DNA of 41,168 bases from an uncultured Gammaproteobacteria bacterium (GCA_964358135.1 CAYHOC010000001.1:1-41168); one strand, 5' to 3'; numbered from the stretch's first letter, positions 17,122 through 26,080 are shown. Translations and numbers: made by a program. The notes: generated by a model from the sequence alone, not told the origin.

Positions 17122-17188
17122 CCACAGATTTTTAAACACAGATAGCACAGAACCAAATCTGTGGAATCTGTGAAAGTAAGATCTGTGG
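17122..17188. repeat. Array of three CACAGA(T) and three inverse ATCTGTG heptamers in the xseA-xseB spacer
   Basis: The forward copies are at 17122-30, 17137-44 and 17146-52. The inverse copies are at 17157-64, 17166-73 and 17181-88. Confidence 0.8.
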
Positions 17189-18340
17189 TCAGATTACCTT
17201 GGATCTAACGCGTCCTTTTGATAATTTTACATTCAAAATATCGCCGGGAGCGACCGTGCCCGCGTCTTTAATTATTTTACCATTTTTAAAAACAATAGAG
17301 AAGCCGCGGTCAAGAATGTTCTCCGGATTAAGATTTTTGAGCGCGCGCATCATAAAATCAAGGCGAGTTGTTGTTTTATCAATCAGCCGATTTATTAACA
17401 TTATCATATTATTTTTGGCGGCGTCCAATCGGCGCTTTCTTTCTCCAAGCGAGCGTTCAAAAATTATTCCGGCATCGTGAACTCTATTTTGCGCGTTTTT
17501 TATTTTCATCTCCATCTCCTGTTCCAAGAGATGGACGCAATGCTCCAGCGACGCAAGAATCTCCGCGCGGTCGGGCGTCAGCCGCTCGGCGGCGTTTGAA
17601 GGCGTGGAAGCGCGGACATCAGCCGCATAATCAGACAAGGTTTCATCCCGCTCATGGCCGATGCCGACCAGTGTCGGAATTTTGGATGCAAAAATCGCCC
17701 GCGCCACTTCCTCGGAATTAAAAGCCGCCAAATCATCAAGACCGCCCCCGCCGCGGGTGATGACCAAAACATCCAAATTCGGCATTTCCTTATTAAAATA
17801 ATTGATCGCCAAAACAAGCTGCGGCGCTGCTTCTTTCCCTTGAACTTGCGTATGAAAAAAATTGATTTCAAGCCCGCTCCAGCGGTTATTTAAGATGCGC
17901 ATAAAATCGGTGTAGGCCGCGGCCTCGCGCGAAGTTATAAGCCCAAGACGCGCCGGAAACCGAGGAAGTTTTCTTTTTCTCTCCGGCGCGAAAAGCCCTT
18001 CTTTTTCCAGCTTTGCTTTCAAAAGTTCAAACGCCCGGTGAAGCGCGCCCTCGCCGACAAGCTGAATTTCTTGCACAGTAATGCTGAAACGGCCGGTTTT
18101 GCCGTAAAGTTTCGGTACGCCACGGACGCGAATTTTCATTCCGTCTTCAATTGCCTCGCGGAGCGTCCAGGCGCCCATAAAACAGCCGACTTTCGCGCCC
18201 TCCTTGTCTTTCAAATCAAAAAATACCCACTTGTTTTGGGAGATATTAAAACCGCTCACTTCTCCCTCAATCCAAACTTCAAAAGCCAAAAGCTCATTCG
18301 CGGCATCAATAAATTCGGAAACGGAATAGATTTTGTCCAT
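17189..18340 (-). CDS. xseA: Exodeoxyribonuclease VII large subunit
   Basis: 383 aa. It has an N-terminal OB fold (VWIEGEVSGF), a catalytic region (ITRGGGG..DLAAFN; GIGHERD) and a short coiled-coil tail. Confidence 0.93.
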   Translation of the reverse strand: MDKIYSVSEFIDAANELLAFEVWIEGEVSGFNISQNKWVFFDLKDKEGAKVGCFMGAWTLREAIEDGMKIRVRGVPKLYGKTGRFSITVQEIQLVGEGALHRAFELLKAKLEKEGLFAPERKRKLPRFPARLGLITSREAAAYTDFMRILNNRWSGLEINFFHTQVQGKEAAPQLVLAINYFNKEMPNLDVLVITRGGGGLDDLAAFNSEEVARAIFASKIPTLVGIGHERDETLSDYAADVRASTPSNAAERLTPDRAEILASLEHCVHLLEQEMEMKIKNAQNRVHDAGIIFERSLGERKRRLDAAKNNMIMLINRLIDKTTTRLDFMMRALKNLNPENILDRGFSIVFKNGKIIKDAGTVAPGDILNVKLSKGRVRSKVI

Positions 18341-18360
18341 GATGATATTATATCACCTTA

Positions 18361-18451
18361 CTATTCGCCTATTCCCTCCTCCGCTAACCTCCTACGCTCA
18401 AGCTTCGGATGGTCAGGAAGCTACGGCGGGCAGGCGCGCGAATTAGAGAAG
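18361..18451. repeat. Long copy of the ctattcgcctattcc...ggcaggcgcgcgaattagagaag repeat
   Basis: It shares its 15-nt 5' end (17 nt including the flanking ta) and its 23-nt 3' end with 39932-39980. Internally it carries a ctacgctcaagcttcgg unit (family C). Confidence 0.85.
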
Positions 18452-18471
18452 AGATTGTTCGTGGTAAAAAA

Positions 18472-20514
18472 TCATAGCTCATCAATGCTCCGGAGGAAAC
18501 TGCGTTTTTTCCAGTCTTTCTCAATCGGCCCCTCCTTCGCTAAAGCTTCGGAGGGCAGGGCGTCCTCGTCAACATATTCAGCGTCATCGGTAATTTTTGA
18601 GATATTTTCCGCCAAAAGACTTTCATCAATTTCACTTAGAAACATCGAGGGCGTGTTCCAAGACAGGCCGCCCATCCGCGCGGTTTCAGGGTAAGTTAAA
18701 AACAAATTTCTTTTGGCGCGGGTGACGGCGACATAAAACAATCGGCGTTCTTCTTCCAATCCCCCATCCTCCATCATTGCGCGCTGATTTGGAAATCCGC
18801 CGTCAACCAAGTTGATGACAAAAACCGCATCCCATTCCAAACCCTTGGCCTGGTGGATGGTGGAGAGCACAATCCTTTGGCCGTCGGTGGAATTGGCCGC
18901 GCGCGCTTGATACCCTTCATATAATATCGCTTCGGCTAAAAAATCGGTGAGGGTGTCGTATTTTTCAGCAAAAACCGCGAGCTGACCGATATCCTCCAGT
19001 CGGTCGTCGCTATTTTCGTGTTCCGCGGCAAGATAATCACGGTAATTTGAATTTGCCAGCGCCTTCACTAATTCCGCCGGATTTTGACCGTGATATTCCA
19101 AAAGTTTCCCGATGACCGATTTAAATTCCTGCCAGCCAAGCCGCGCCCGTTCCGGAAGATTAAACGCGAACTGATGGTCAATAATTCTTCCGATTGAATC
19201 AAAACCGCGCGCTTCGTTGAAGATTTTATCGGCCGTCGTCTCGCCGATGCCCTGATGGATGATTAAAATTCGCCGCCAAGCCGCCTCGTCCGCCGGTTGA
19301 TTAAAAATGCGAAGATACGCCAAAACATCTTTAATGTGCGCGCGTTCAAAAAAACGGACGCCGCCGCGGTATTCGTAAGCAATCCCCCGCCGTCCCAGTT
19401 CAAATTCCAGCGCCTGCGAATGATGAGCGGCGCGAAAAAGCGCGGCAATATTCCGCGGATTTATGCCGGCGTCCAGCAGCGCGGAAATTTTTTTAACGAT
19501 AAATTTGGCTTCCTCCTCGGCCGACGGCGCGATGTGCAAAACAGGTTTCTCAAAATTTTTCTGGACGCTTCTTAAATCTTTTGGAAACTGCGCCAAATTT
19601 TTTGAGATGACATCATTGGCCAAATCCAGAATATCCGGCGTCGAACGATAGTTGGTTTCCAACCGAAAAATTTTCGTCCCCAGATAAATCTTCGGAAACT
19701 TTAAGATATTTTGCACCGTCGCGGCGCGAAAAGAATAAATGCTCTGCGCGTCATCGCCGACCACCAAAATATTTTTACTCTCCGGCGCCAAAAGCGAAAT
19801 CATCTCCGCCTGCAAAGGATTAGTATCCTGATACTCGTCAATTAAAATATATTCAAAATGGCGTTTCAGCCGGTCGCGGATATCGGCGTTTTCGCGTAAA
19901 ATCTTTACCAGATTCAAAAGCAGATCGTCAAAGTCCATTAGATGCCCGGCGAGTTTCTTTTTGTTGTATAATTCCCCGATATCTTTTATTTCCTGCGAAA
20001 AACGAAATAATCCGGGACTTTTTTGTTCCAGCGAATCTTCAACTGTTATCCGGCTATTGACGGCAAAGCTTAATATCCCCTTGATGACCGCCGGCGATGG
20101 AAAGCGACCGTGCACTGCCGCGGCGCCGGTTTCTTTGACGCAGGCCTTGATTAAACTATGCGCGTCATCCTCATCCATAATATTAAAATTGGACTTGAAG
20201 CCGATTGCGGACGCAAAGCGCCGCAAAAAGCGATTAGCGACGCCGTGGAAAGTCCCGCCCCAAAGTATCCGCGCGTTCACGCCGGTCAGGGCCTCCACGC
20301 GCGAGAGCATTTCATTGGCCGCCTTGTTGGTGAAAGTTAGAAGCAAAATCTTTTCCGGAGCAATCCCCTGCTCCAACAAATACGCCATCCGATAGACAAT
20401 CGTCCGCGTTTTTCCGCTCCCGGCTCCGGCCAAAACCAAACATGGGCCGTCGCCTTCGCGGATGACTTTTAATTGTTCGGGATTGAGTTCTTGTTCAAAG
20501 TTAATGGGGGGCAT
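18472..20514 (-). CDS. uvrD: ATP-dependent DNA helicase, UvrD/PcrA (SF1) family
   Basis: 680 aa with GAGSGKT, ILIDEYQDTN, VGDDAQSIYSFR, TIHQAKGLEWD and YVAVTRAK. Confidence 0.93.
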   Translation of the reverse strand: MPPINFEQELNPEQLKVIREGDGPCLVLAGAGSGKTRTIVYRMAYLLEQGIAPEKILLLTFTNKAANEMLSRVEALTGVNARILWGGTFHGVANRFLRRFASAIGFKSNFNIMDEDDAHSLIKACVKETGAAAVHGRFPSPAVIKGILSFAVNSRITVEDSLEQKSPGLFRFSQEIKDIGELYNKKKLAGHLMDFDDLLLNLVKILRENADIRDRLKRHFEYILIDEYQDTNPLQAEMISLLAPESKNILVVGDDAQSIYSFRAATVQNILKFPKIYLGTKIFRLETNYRSTPDILDLANDVISKNLAQFPKDLRSVQKNFEKPVLHIAPSAEEEAKFIVKKISALLDAGINPRNIAALFRAAHHSQALEFELGRRGIAYEYRGGVRFFERAHIKDVLAYLRIFNQPADEAAWRRILIIHQGIGETTADKIFNEARGFDSIGRIIDHQFAFNLPERARLGWQEFKSVIGKLLEYHGQNPAELVKALANSNYRDYLAAEHENSDDRLEDIGQLAVFAEKYDTLTDFLAEAILYEGYQARAANSTDGQRIVLSTIHQAKGLEWDAVFVINLVDGGFPNQRAMMEDGGLEEERRLFYVAVTRAKRNLFLTYPETARMGGLSWNTPSMFLSEIDESLLAENISKITDDAEYVDEDALPSEALAKEGPIEKDWKKRSFLRSIDEL

Positions 20515-20521
20515 TTAATTT

Positions 20522-20580
20522 CACCCCACCCCGCCTTTCCATTTCCTCGCTCGCTCGAAATGGAAGTACCAAGGGGAGGA
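20522..20580. repeat. GC-rich hairpin unit (family B)
   Basis: caccccaccccgcc precedes ttccatttc (20537-45) -ctcgctcgctc- gaaatggaa (20557-65). The architecture matches 785-826. Confidence 0.7.
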
Positions 20581-20616
20581 GTTTATTTTCTCCACCAGTT
20601 TATCACTTCCGCCGTA

Positions 20617-20651
20617 AAAAAACAAAAAAATCTCCGACAGAGTGTCGGAGA
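20617..20651 (-). terminator. Intrinsic terminator after the 187-aa hypothetical gene
   Basis: TCTCCGAC (20631-38) pairs with GTCGGAGA (20644-51), and a long T-rich run follows on the minus strand (20617-30). Confidence 0.75.
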
Positions 20652-20657
20652 CAGGGA

Positions 20658-21221
20658 CTACGCGATGACCTCAATGCCCACAAGTTTGAGATATTCCACC
20701 GCGGCATCGGGTAATGTCTTGCCCGCGGGGAGCGAACGCTTGACGGCTTGGAAGATTGATCGCATGTCCTCGTAGTTGATCACTAAGCTCGCAACCATCA
20801 TTTCTTTCTCAGACTGGAATTGACCGATTGGCCACATAGAATCGTCGAGTTGAGTGGTGGCTAATTTACCGGTTGGTTTCCCTACTATATATAAACATCC
20901 TAACCAACTTGCCAGAATATGAGAAGTTTCCAATTCCGTTTCTTTGTCCACCTCTTCCGCCACTTCTTTGACGGTAAGTATCAACTTGGGATCTCCTGTC
21001 AAAAAAGATTCCAGTTTTTCTTGTACTTGGTCGTCTAAATCCGCCATTTCTTGCCTTATTTTTTTTAGAGAAGTGCGGTCTATTTTGACGGTTATGTGTC
21101 GTATTTCTCCCGCGAATTTAAGCGCTACAATGGGCTTGACGAATGGTACAAATAAATTGTAAAGCCGCGCAAACGGCTTGCTACGATTCTTAACCTTCTT
21201 CGTATCGCGGTGTTTTGGCAT
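20658..21221 (-). CDS. Hypothetical protein (187 aa), no recognisable domain
   Basis: AGGAGG lies 6 nt upstream of ATG 21221, which is codon 14 of the track ORF. A terminator follows. Confidence 0.6.
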   Translation of the reverse strand: MPKHRDTKKVKNRSKPFARLYNLFVPFVKPIVALKFAGEIRHITVKIDRTSLKKIRQEMADLDDQVQEKLESFLTGDPKLILTVKEVAEEVDKETELETSHILASWLGCLYIVGKPTGKLATTQLDDSMWPIGQFQSEKEMMVASLVINYEDMRSIFQAVKRSLPAGKTLPDAAVEYLKLVGIEVIA

Positions 21222-21322
21222 CCCGCCCTCCTTTGCCCCACGCGGGGCGAAAAAGAACAACTCCTACACATACTCTAAAACAGAACACGGCCGATGTCAA
21301 TGGCCGTATCGTTTTTTAAAAT

Positions 21323-21355
21323 CCCCCTCGGTCCCCCTTTTCTGAAAGGGGGAAG
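21323..21355. repeat. Family A GC-rich unit downstream of the cyclophilin gene
   Basis: ccccctcggtcccccttttctgaaagggggaagg contains a CCCCC/GGGGG hairpin. Confidence 0.75.
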
Positions 21356-21360
21356 GCGGA

Positions 21361-21999
21361 TTATTTTGTGTCTTCAACCGCAACCTTAATCATCTTATCG
21401 CCGACTTTGATGGATTTGACGAATTCCATCCCGGAGATTACTTTGCCGAAAATTGTATAAAGTTTTGGCAATTGCGGGGTGTCTTTTAGCATGATAAAAA
21501 ATTGACTGCCATTGGTATTTGGCCCGGAATTGGCCATCGCGACAATGCCCTCAAGATAGTCGCGCATCACAGGTTCATCCGTAAAAGAATATCCCGGACC
21601 GCCGGCGCCATTGCCCAAAGGATCGCCACCCTGGATGACAAAATCCGGCTCAACGCGGTGAAAGGCAAGGCCGTTATAAAATCCCTGATTGGCAAGATAA
21701 ACGAAGTTACTAACCGCGAGCGGCGCTTCGTCCGGAAAAAGCGCAAAGACGATGTCGCCGTAATCCGTTTTAATCCGCGCGATTTTATTTTGAATTTCTT
21801 TATCCGGCAAAATCCCGAGGGGACGCGGGACGAATTCCATGGTCTGTGGTTCTTCGGTCATAGTTTTTTCTTCTTCCGGCGGCAGAATCAGCCGCGGATT
21901 TGCCGCCAGCTCGCCAACCGAAGGCGGACGGGTCGTTTTGCATCCGACGCCGAAGAAAATTAAAATCATTATAATCAAAACAAAATATCCTACTTTCAT
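21361..21999 (-). CDS. Cyclophilin-type peptidyl-prolyl cis-trans isomerase, lipoprotein
   Basis: The lipobox is FFGVGC. The cyclophilin core is FHRVEPDFVIQGGDP...GPNTNGSQFFI. Confidence 0.92.
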   Translation of the reverse strand: MKVGYFVLIIMILIFFGVGCKTTRPPSVGELAANPRLILPPEEEKTMTEEPQTMEFVPRPLGILPDKEIQNKIARIKTDYGDIVFALFPDEAPLAVSNFVYLANQGFYNGLAFHRVEPDFVIQGGDPLGNGAGGPGYSFTDEPVMRDYLEGIVAMANSGPNTNGSQFFIMLKDTPQLPKLYTIFGKVISGMEFVKSIKVGDKMIKVAVEDTK

Positions 22000-22004
22000 A
22001 CAAA

Positions 22005-22075
22005 AATTGTTAAATTGTCACATTGTTACATTGCTATTTGGAATAACAATTCAACAATTTAACAATGTAACAATT
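22005..22075. repeat. Symmetric array of ATTGT and ACAAT pentamers
   Basis: There are four ATTGT in the left half and five ACAAT in the right half. ttgttaaattg and attgttacatt each recur as reverse complements. Confidence 0.7.
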
Positions 22076-23270
22076 AATAACATGTCTGTTTTGCGCCTAA
22101 CGCTTTAAAATTATACACGTTCCGCGCGTTCCAGAAAAGCCAACCTGGTGTTGCGCCGGCATCGCAGGCGCCGCGGATTTGGTCAACAATTTTCTTTTCG
22201 TCATACACGGCTCCTAAATTAAATGCCTGGAACCATGGCCTGAATTTGCCCAATGTTTTCTTTATGTATTCCGGGGTGCTGGTGACATTTTTCTTGGCCA
22301 GCGCCAAACCGCTTTCCATGCTCATTTTAATAATTTCGTAAGGATTTTCCGCCGGATTTTTATACCCGCGGAAATTTGCCGGAAAATGCGAGGGATAAAC
22401 CATCGGCGAGACAAAATCAAAATTCGCCATCGCGTCCAGATATTTTTGCCCGATATTATAATCGTAATCGCTCCAAAAGGTAATGCCGAACAAATCCGCG
22501 GAAATCGGCGCGCCCTTTTGCCGGAGCTCGCGATCCAAAAATTGAAAAAATAATTTGATTGTTTCCGCTTTTGGCGCGTTATTTTTATAAAATGGAAAAA
22601 CGATTTTGTCGGTCGCGCCGTCGGTCGCAAAACGGATGTAATCAAATTGGATTTCATCAAAACCGGCCGCATACGCCAGTTTGGCGATTTGCAAATTATA
22701 ATTCCACACTTCGCGGGCGGCCGGATCCACCCAGGCCAACCCTTTGTTGTCGCGCCAAATCGTTCCGCCGGCGTTTTTTAAAGCCAGTTTCGGCCTTTTT
22801 TCGGCGAGATAGGTATCTTGAAAAACCGGAATGCGGGCAATCAAATAAAATCCTTCTTTATGAAATCTGGAAACAATCTCGTCAATTTTAAAATACGGTT
22901 TTTTGGGCGAAAGATCGCCAATGTCCGAAATTTCAAACGCCGGATAACCCTTGTAATCTTTAAGGTCAATTACAAAGGCGTTAATCCTCGCCTCTTTTGA
23001 GCCGGCAATAATTTTTTCCATTTGCGCGCCGACAACCGTGTATGATGTTAAATAAATTCCGCGGACAACCTCCGGCAAAACAATGTGTTTTGGCGTTTCG
23101 GGCGCCGCGTTTTGCGGTTTTTCGGATAGTCCGACATCTTCCGGCGGCGCGTAGACGGCAGTTATCGTGGTGGCCTTAGTTTCATAAACGCGGCTCAAAA
23201 AATCCGGCGGTTTGCATCCGGCGCCGAGAAAAATCAGCAAAAATACGGCTAAAATGATAATCCTGTTCAT
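22074..23270 (-). CDS. Putative TIM-barrel glycoside hydrolase-like lipoprotein (DUF4015/COG1306-like)
   Basis: The lipobox is FLGAGC. VRGIYLT..., AWVDP and FDYIRF resemble the GHL/DUF4015 group. The functional assignment is tentative. Confidence 0.55.
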   Translation of the reverse strand: MNRIIILAVFLLIFLGAGCKPPDFLSRVYETKATTITAVYAPPEDVGLSEKPQNAAPETPKHIVLPEVVRGIYLTSYTVVGAQMEKIIAGSKEARINAFVIDLKDYKGYPAFEISDIGDLSPKKPYFKIDEIVSRFHKEGFYLIARIPVFQDTYLAEKRPKLALKNAGGTIWRDNKGLAWVDPAAREVWNYNLQIAKLAYAAGFDEIQFDYIRFATDGATDKIVFPFYKNNAPKAETIKLFFQFLDRELRQKGAPISADLFGITFWSDYDYNIGQKYLDAMANFDFVSPMVYPSHFPANFRGYKNPAENPYEIIKMSMESGLALAKKNVTSTPEYIKKTLGKFRPWFQAFNLGAVYDEKKIVDQIRGACDAGATPGWLFWNARNVYNFKALGAKQTCY

Positions 23271-23351
23271 AATGACATTTTACATTGCCTTAGGGAGTTT
23301 GACAAATTTTTCCGCTCGAAAAATTCGGAGCTTTTTCTTTTACAAATAAAC

Positions 23352-23383
23352 TTTACTGCTATACTTATAAGTATAGCAGTAAA
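23352..23383. repeat. Perfect 32-nt palindrome in a divergent intergenic region
   Basis: tttactgctatactta|taagtatagcagtaaa. Confidence 0.9.
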
Positions 23384-23469
23384 TACTTTCTTCCTTTACA
23401 GTATGAAAGTAAAAATATTTTGCCCCTGACTGACTTGACCGGGGATATAAAAAGTGATATAAATCTACC

Positions 23470-23497
23470 GTAAAGACGCAAAATTTTGCGTCTCTAC
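23470..23497. repeat. GTAGAGACGC hairpin family, copy 3
   Basis: gtaaagacgc-aaaatttt-gcgtctctac: 9/10 arm match. It ends 13 nt before the tgt ATG. Confidence 0.85.
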
Positions 23498-23510
23498 AAT
23501 TAATCCAAAT

Positions 23511-24749
23511 ATGTCATTTTTTGAACTACAACACAAAGACGGCCGGGCAAGGGCCGGCGTTATCCATACGGAACACGGGGACATTGAAACCCCGGTTTTT
23601 ATGCCCGTGGGAACACAGGCGACGGTTAAAGCATTGGACCCCGCGGATTTGAACGCAATCGGCGCGCAAATAATCCTCGCAAATAACTATCACTTGGAAC
23701 TTCGGCCAGGCGCGGAAACGGTGGCAAAACTCGGCGGTTTGCATAAGTTTATGAGCTGGGATAAACCGATTTTAACCGATAGCGGCGGTTTTCAGGTATT
23801 CTCATTGGCGCACAATAAGAGCGATTGCTCCCACCCCCTCTCGCTCCCCCTCGGGCAGGGGGAGAATAATCAATTGAACACAAATTTTGTTCAGGGTAAA
23901 TTGGTTGAAATTGACGAAGATGGCGTCACTTTTCGCTCGCATATTGACGGCAGTGAACGCCGCTTTACGCCGGAATCAGCGGTTTATCTAGAGCATCTTT
24001 TGGGCGCGGATATTATTATGGCCTTTGACCAGTGCACTTCTGATGACGCTTCCCGCGACGAGGTTGTTGCTGCCATGAACCGGACGCACCGCTGGGCCGA
24101 GCGGAGCCTTGCGGCGCATCAAAATCCCAAACATAAAAACCCTTATCAACAATTTTTATTTGGTATCATCCAGGGTTCTAAATTTGAGGACTTGCGCCGC
24201 GAGAGCGCGAAATTTATCACCTCATTGCCGTTTGACGGAATTGCCATCGGCGGAGAATCAACCGGTTTCAATATGCCGCTGACGGCGCAAATTTTGGATT
24301 GGATTGAACCGGAGCTACCGGAAGACAAACCCCGCTACACGATGGGTGTCGGGTTCGCGCCGGAGGATTTGTTTACCGTCGTGGAACGCGGCGTGGATAT
24401 GTTTGATTGCGTCTCCCCTACCCGGATGGCAAGAAACGGCACGCTTTTTTCACGCGACGCGAAAAATCTACCCCAGCCCTCCTTTGGAAAAGGAGGGGGA
24501 CGATGGCGTCTGAATATTACCAATGCCGAATATAAATTAGACGAAAAGCCGATAGATTCCACTTGCGATTGCCACGCTTGTAAAAATTTTACCCGCGCTT
24601 ACTTGAACCATCTCTTTCGCGCCAAGGAATTACTTGCCTATCGTTTGGCGACAATTCATAATTTGAGATTTTTTCTGCGATTAATGGAGCAAATCCGCGA
24701 GAGCGTTAAACAAAATAAATTTCAGGAATTAAAAAAAGAGTGGATGTAA
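23511..24749 (+). CDS. tgt: Queuine tRNA-ribosyltransferase (tRNA-guanine transglycosylase)
   Basis: 412 aa with TPVFMPVGT, ILTDSGGFQ, and the zinc site C.C.AC...H (CDCHACKNFTRAYLNHL). It carries two repeat-derived insertions. Confidence 0.94.
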   Translation: MSFFELQHKDGRARAGVIHTEHGDIETPVFMPVGTQATVKALDPADLNAIGAQIILANNYHLELRPGAETVAKLGGLHKFMSWDKPILTDSGGFQVFSLAHNKSDCSHPLSLPLGQGENNQLNTNFVQGKLVEIDEDGVTFRSHIDGSERRFTPESAVYLEHLLGADIIMAFDQCTSDDASRDEVVAAMNRTHRWAERSLAAHQNPKHKNPYQQFLFGIIQGSKFEDLRRESAKFITSLPFDGIAIGGESTGFNMPLTAQILDWIEPELPEDKPRYTMGVGFAPEDLFTVVERGVDMFDCVSPTRMARNGTLFSRDAKNLPQPSFGKGGGRWRLNITNAEYKLDEKPIDSTCDCHACKNFTRAYLNHLFRAKELLAYRLATIHNLRFFLRLMEQIRESVKQNKFQELKKEWM

Positions 24750-24750
24750 A

Positions 24751-24869
24751 CCCCGTTAGAAGCTTATCTCGATTTAAAAATAGAGCTGCTCTCTGCAGCT
24801 GCTTTTATTAACAAATGATTCGTAAAAACAAAAAATTTTATAACTTTTTGCGGCGAGTTTCTAACGGGG
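24751..24869. mobile_element. MITE-like element, copy 1 (119 bp)
   Basis: The terminal inverted repeats are ccccgttagaa / ttctaacgggg. The right-end interior is similar to copy 2. It is flanked by TAAA on both sides. Confidence 0.5.
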
Positions 24870-24898
24870 TAAAATCCGCTCTTTTTTGATTCACCCCC

Positions 24899-26080
24899 CT
24901 AAATTCCCATATAATCAACCCGATAAATTACGCCGGCCTTGTCATCGGAAATATATATCACGCCATAAGGCTCGGCTAAAATATCAACCGGCCGGCCGTA
25001 AACACCGCCATCATCTTTAAGCCAGCCGGTAATAAAGTCCTCGGCCGGCAGAGGATTGCCCGCGGCGTCAAATTTATAACGGACAATTTTATATCCGGTC
25101 GGCGCGCTCCGGTTCCATGAGCCGTGGTAGGCGACAAAAAGATTGCCGGCATATTCCTCCGGCCAGCCATCGGCCGGCGAGAATGCCAAACCGAGCGGAG
25201 CCGAATGCGCCGGGATGTCAATGAAACTCGGCGTTTCAAACGGCGTCATACAGGGATTGCGGATATAAGTATTTTTATCAAAATCCGTATCGTGAACATT
25301 TTGGCCGTAGCAAATCGGCCAGCCGTAATTTTTTCCCTCTTCAATAATATTAATTTCATCCGACGGCGTGTCGTCACCCAAAAGATCGCGCCCCATTTCC
25401 GTGGCCAACATTCTTCCCGCGTCGTCCCAGATAAAAAAAACCGAATTCCGTAATCCCCGGGCCACTTCCTTAAAATCACTACCGTCGGGATTCATTGAAT
25501 AAATTTTCGCGCGGCGCGCGTCTGATTCATTACAAACATTGCAATCAGAACCGATAGAAACATATAAGCGCCCATTGGGGCCGAACCCAAGCGTCCTGGT
25601 AAAATGATTTCCGCCGCCCGGAAGATCGGCGAGCTTTTGTTTATTGGATAGCGACAAATTCTCGCCGTCATAATCATAGGCGTTGATTTTGTCAGTTTCG
25701 GCAATATACAACCTACATTCATCTTTACACAGAAGCGCCAAACCGTGCGGCTGATTCAAATTTTCAGCCAATGACTTTATGCCGCCATCTTCTTCTATCG
25801 CCACAACTCGGCCTTCCGACGGCACGCTCACGAGCAAATGACCGGCGCCATCTTTAATCATTACCCGCGGATTCACTAAATCTTTGGCAAAGATTGAGAT
25901 TTGCCAGCCCGGCGGCAGATTAAGCGGCATACCGGTCGTGTTGATGATTTTAGAAATGTCGGCTGACGGGGGCGCGATTGCCGGTTTTATCCCACGAAGA
26001 TTCCGCCAATAAAAACGGCCGGCAAAAATCGCGGCGACGATGACGATAATGGTACTGATGATGATTAAAATTTTTTTCAT
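24899..26080 (-). CDS. PQQ-dependent sugar (glucose/sorbosone) dehydrogenase family beta-propeller, membrane-anchored
   Basis: It has an N-terminal TM segment and the motifs PHGL, YVSIGS..N, GLRN, DEINIIEEGKNYGWP and AHSAPLGL. The start is at ATG 26080, codon 39 of the track ORF. Confidence 0.85.
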   Translation of the reverse strand: MKKILIIISTIIVIVAAIFAGRFYWRNLRGIKPAIAPPSADISKIINTTGMPLNLPPGWQISIFAKDLVNPRVMIKDGAGHLLVSVPSEGRVVAIEEDGGIKSLAENLNQPHGLALLCKDECRLYIAETDKINAYDYDGENLSLSNKQKLADLPGGGNHFTRTLGFGPNGRLYVSIGSDCNVCNESDARRAKIYSMNPDGSDFKEVARGLRNSVFFIWDDAGRMLATEMGRDLLGDDTPSDEINIIEEGKNYGWPICYGQNVHDTDFDKNTYIRNPCMTPFETPSFIDIPAHSAPLGLAFSPADGWPEEYAGNLFVAYHGSWNRSAPTGYKIVRYKFDAAGNPLPAEDFITGWLKDDGGVYGRPVDILAEPYGVIYISDDKAGVIYRVDYMGI

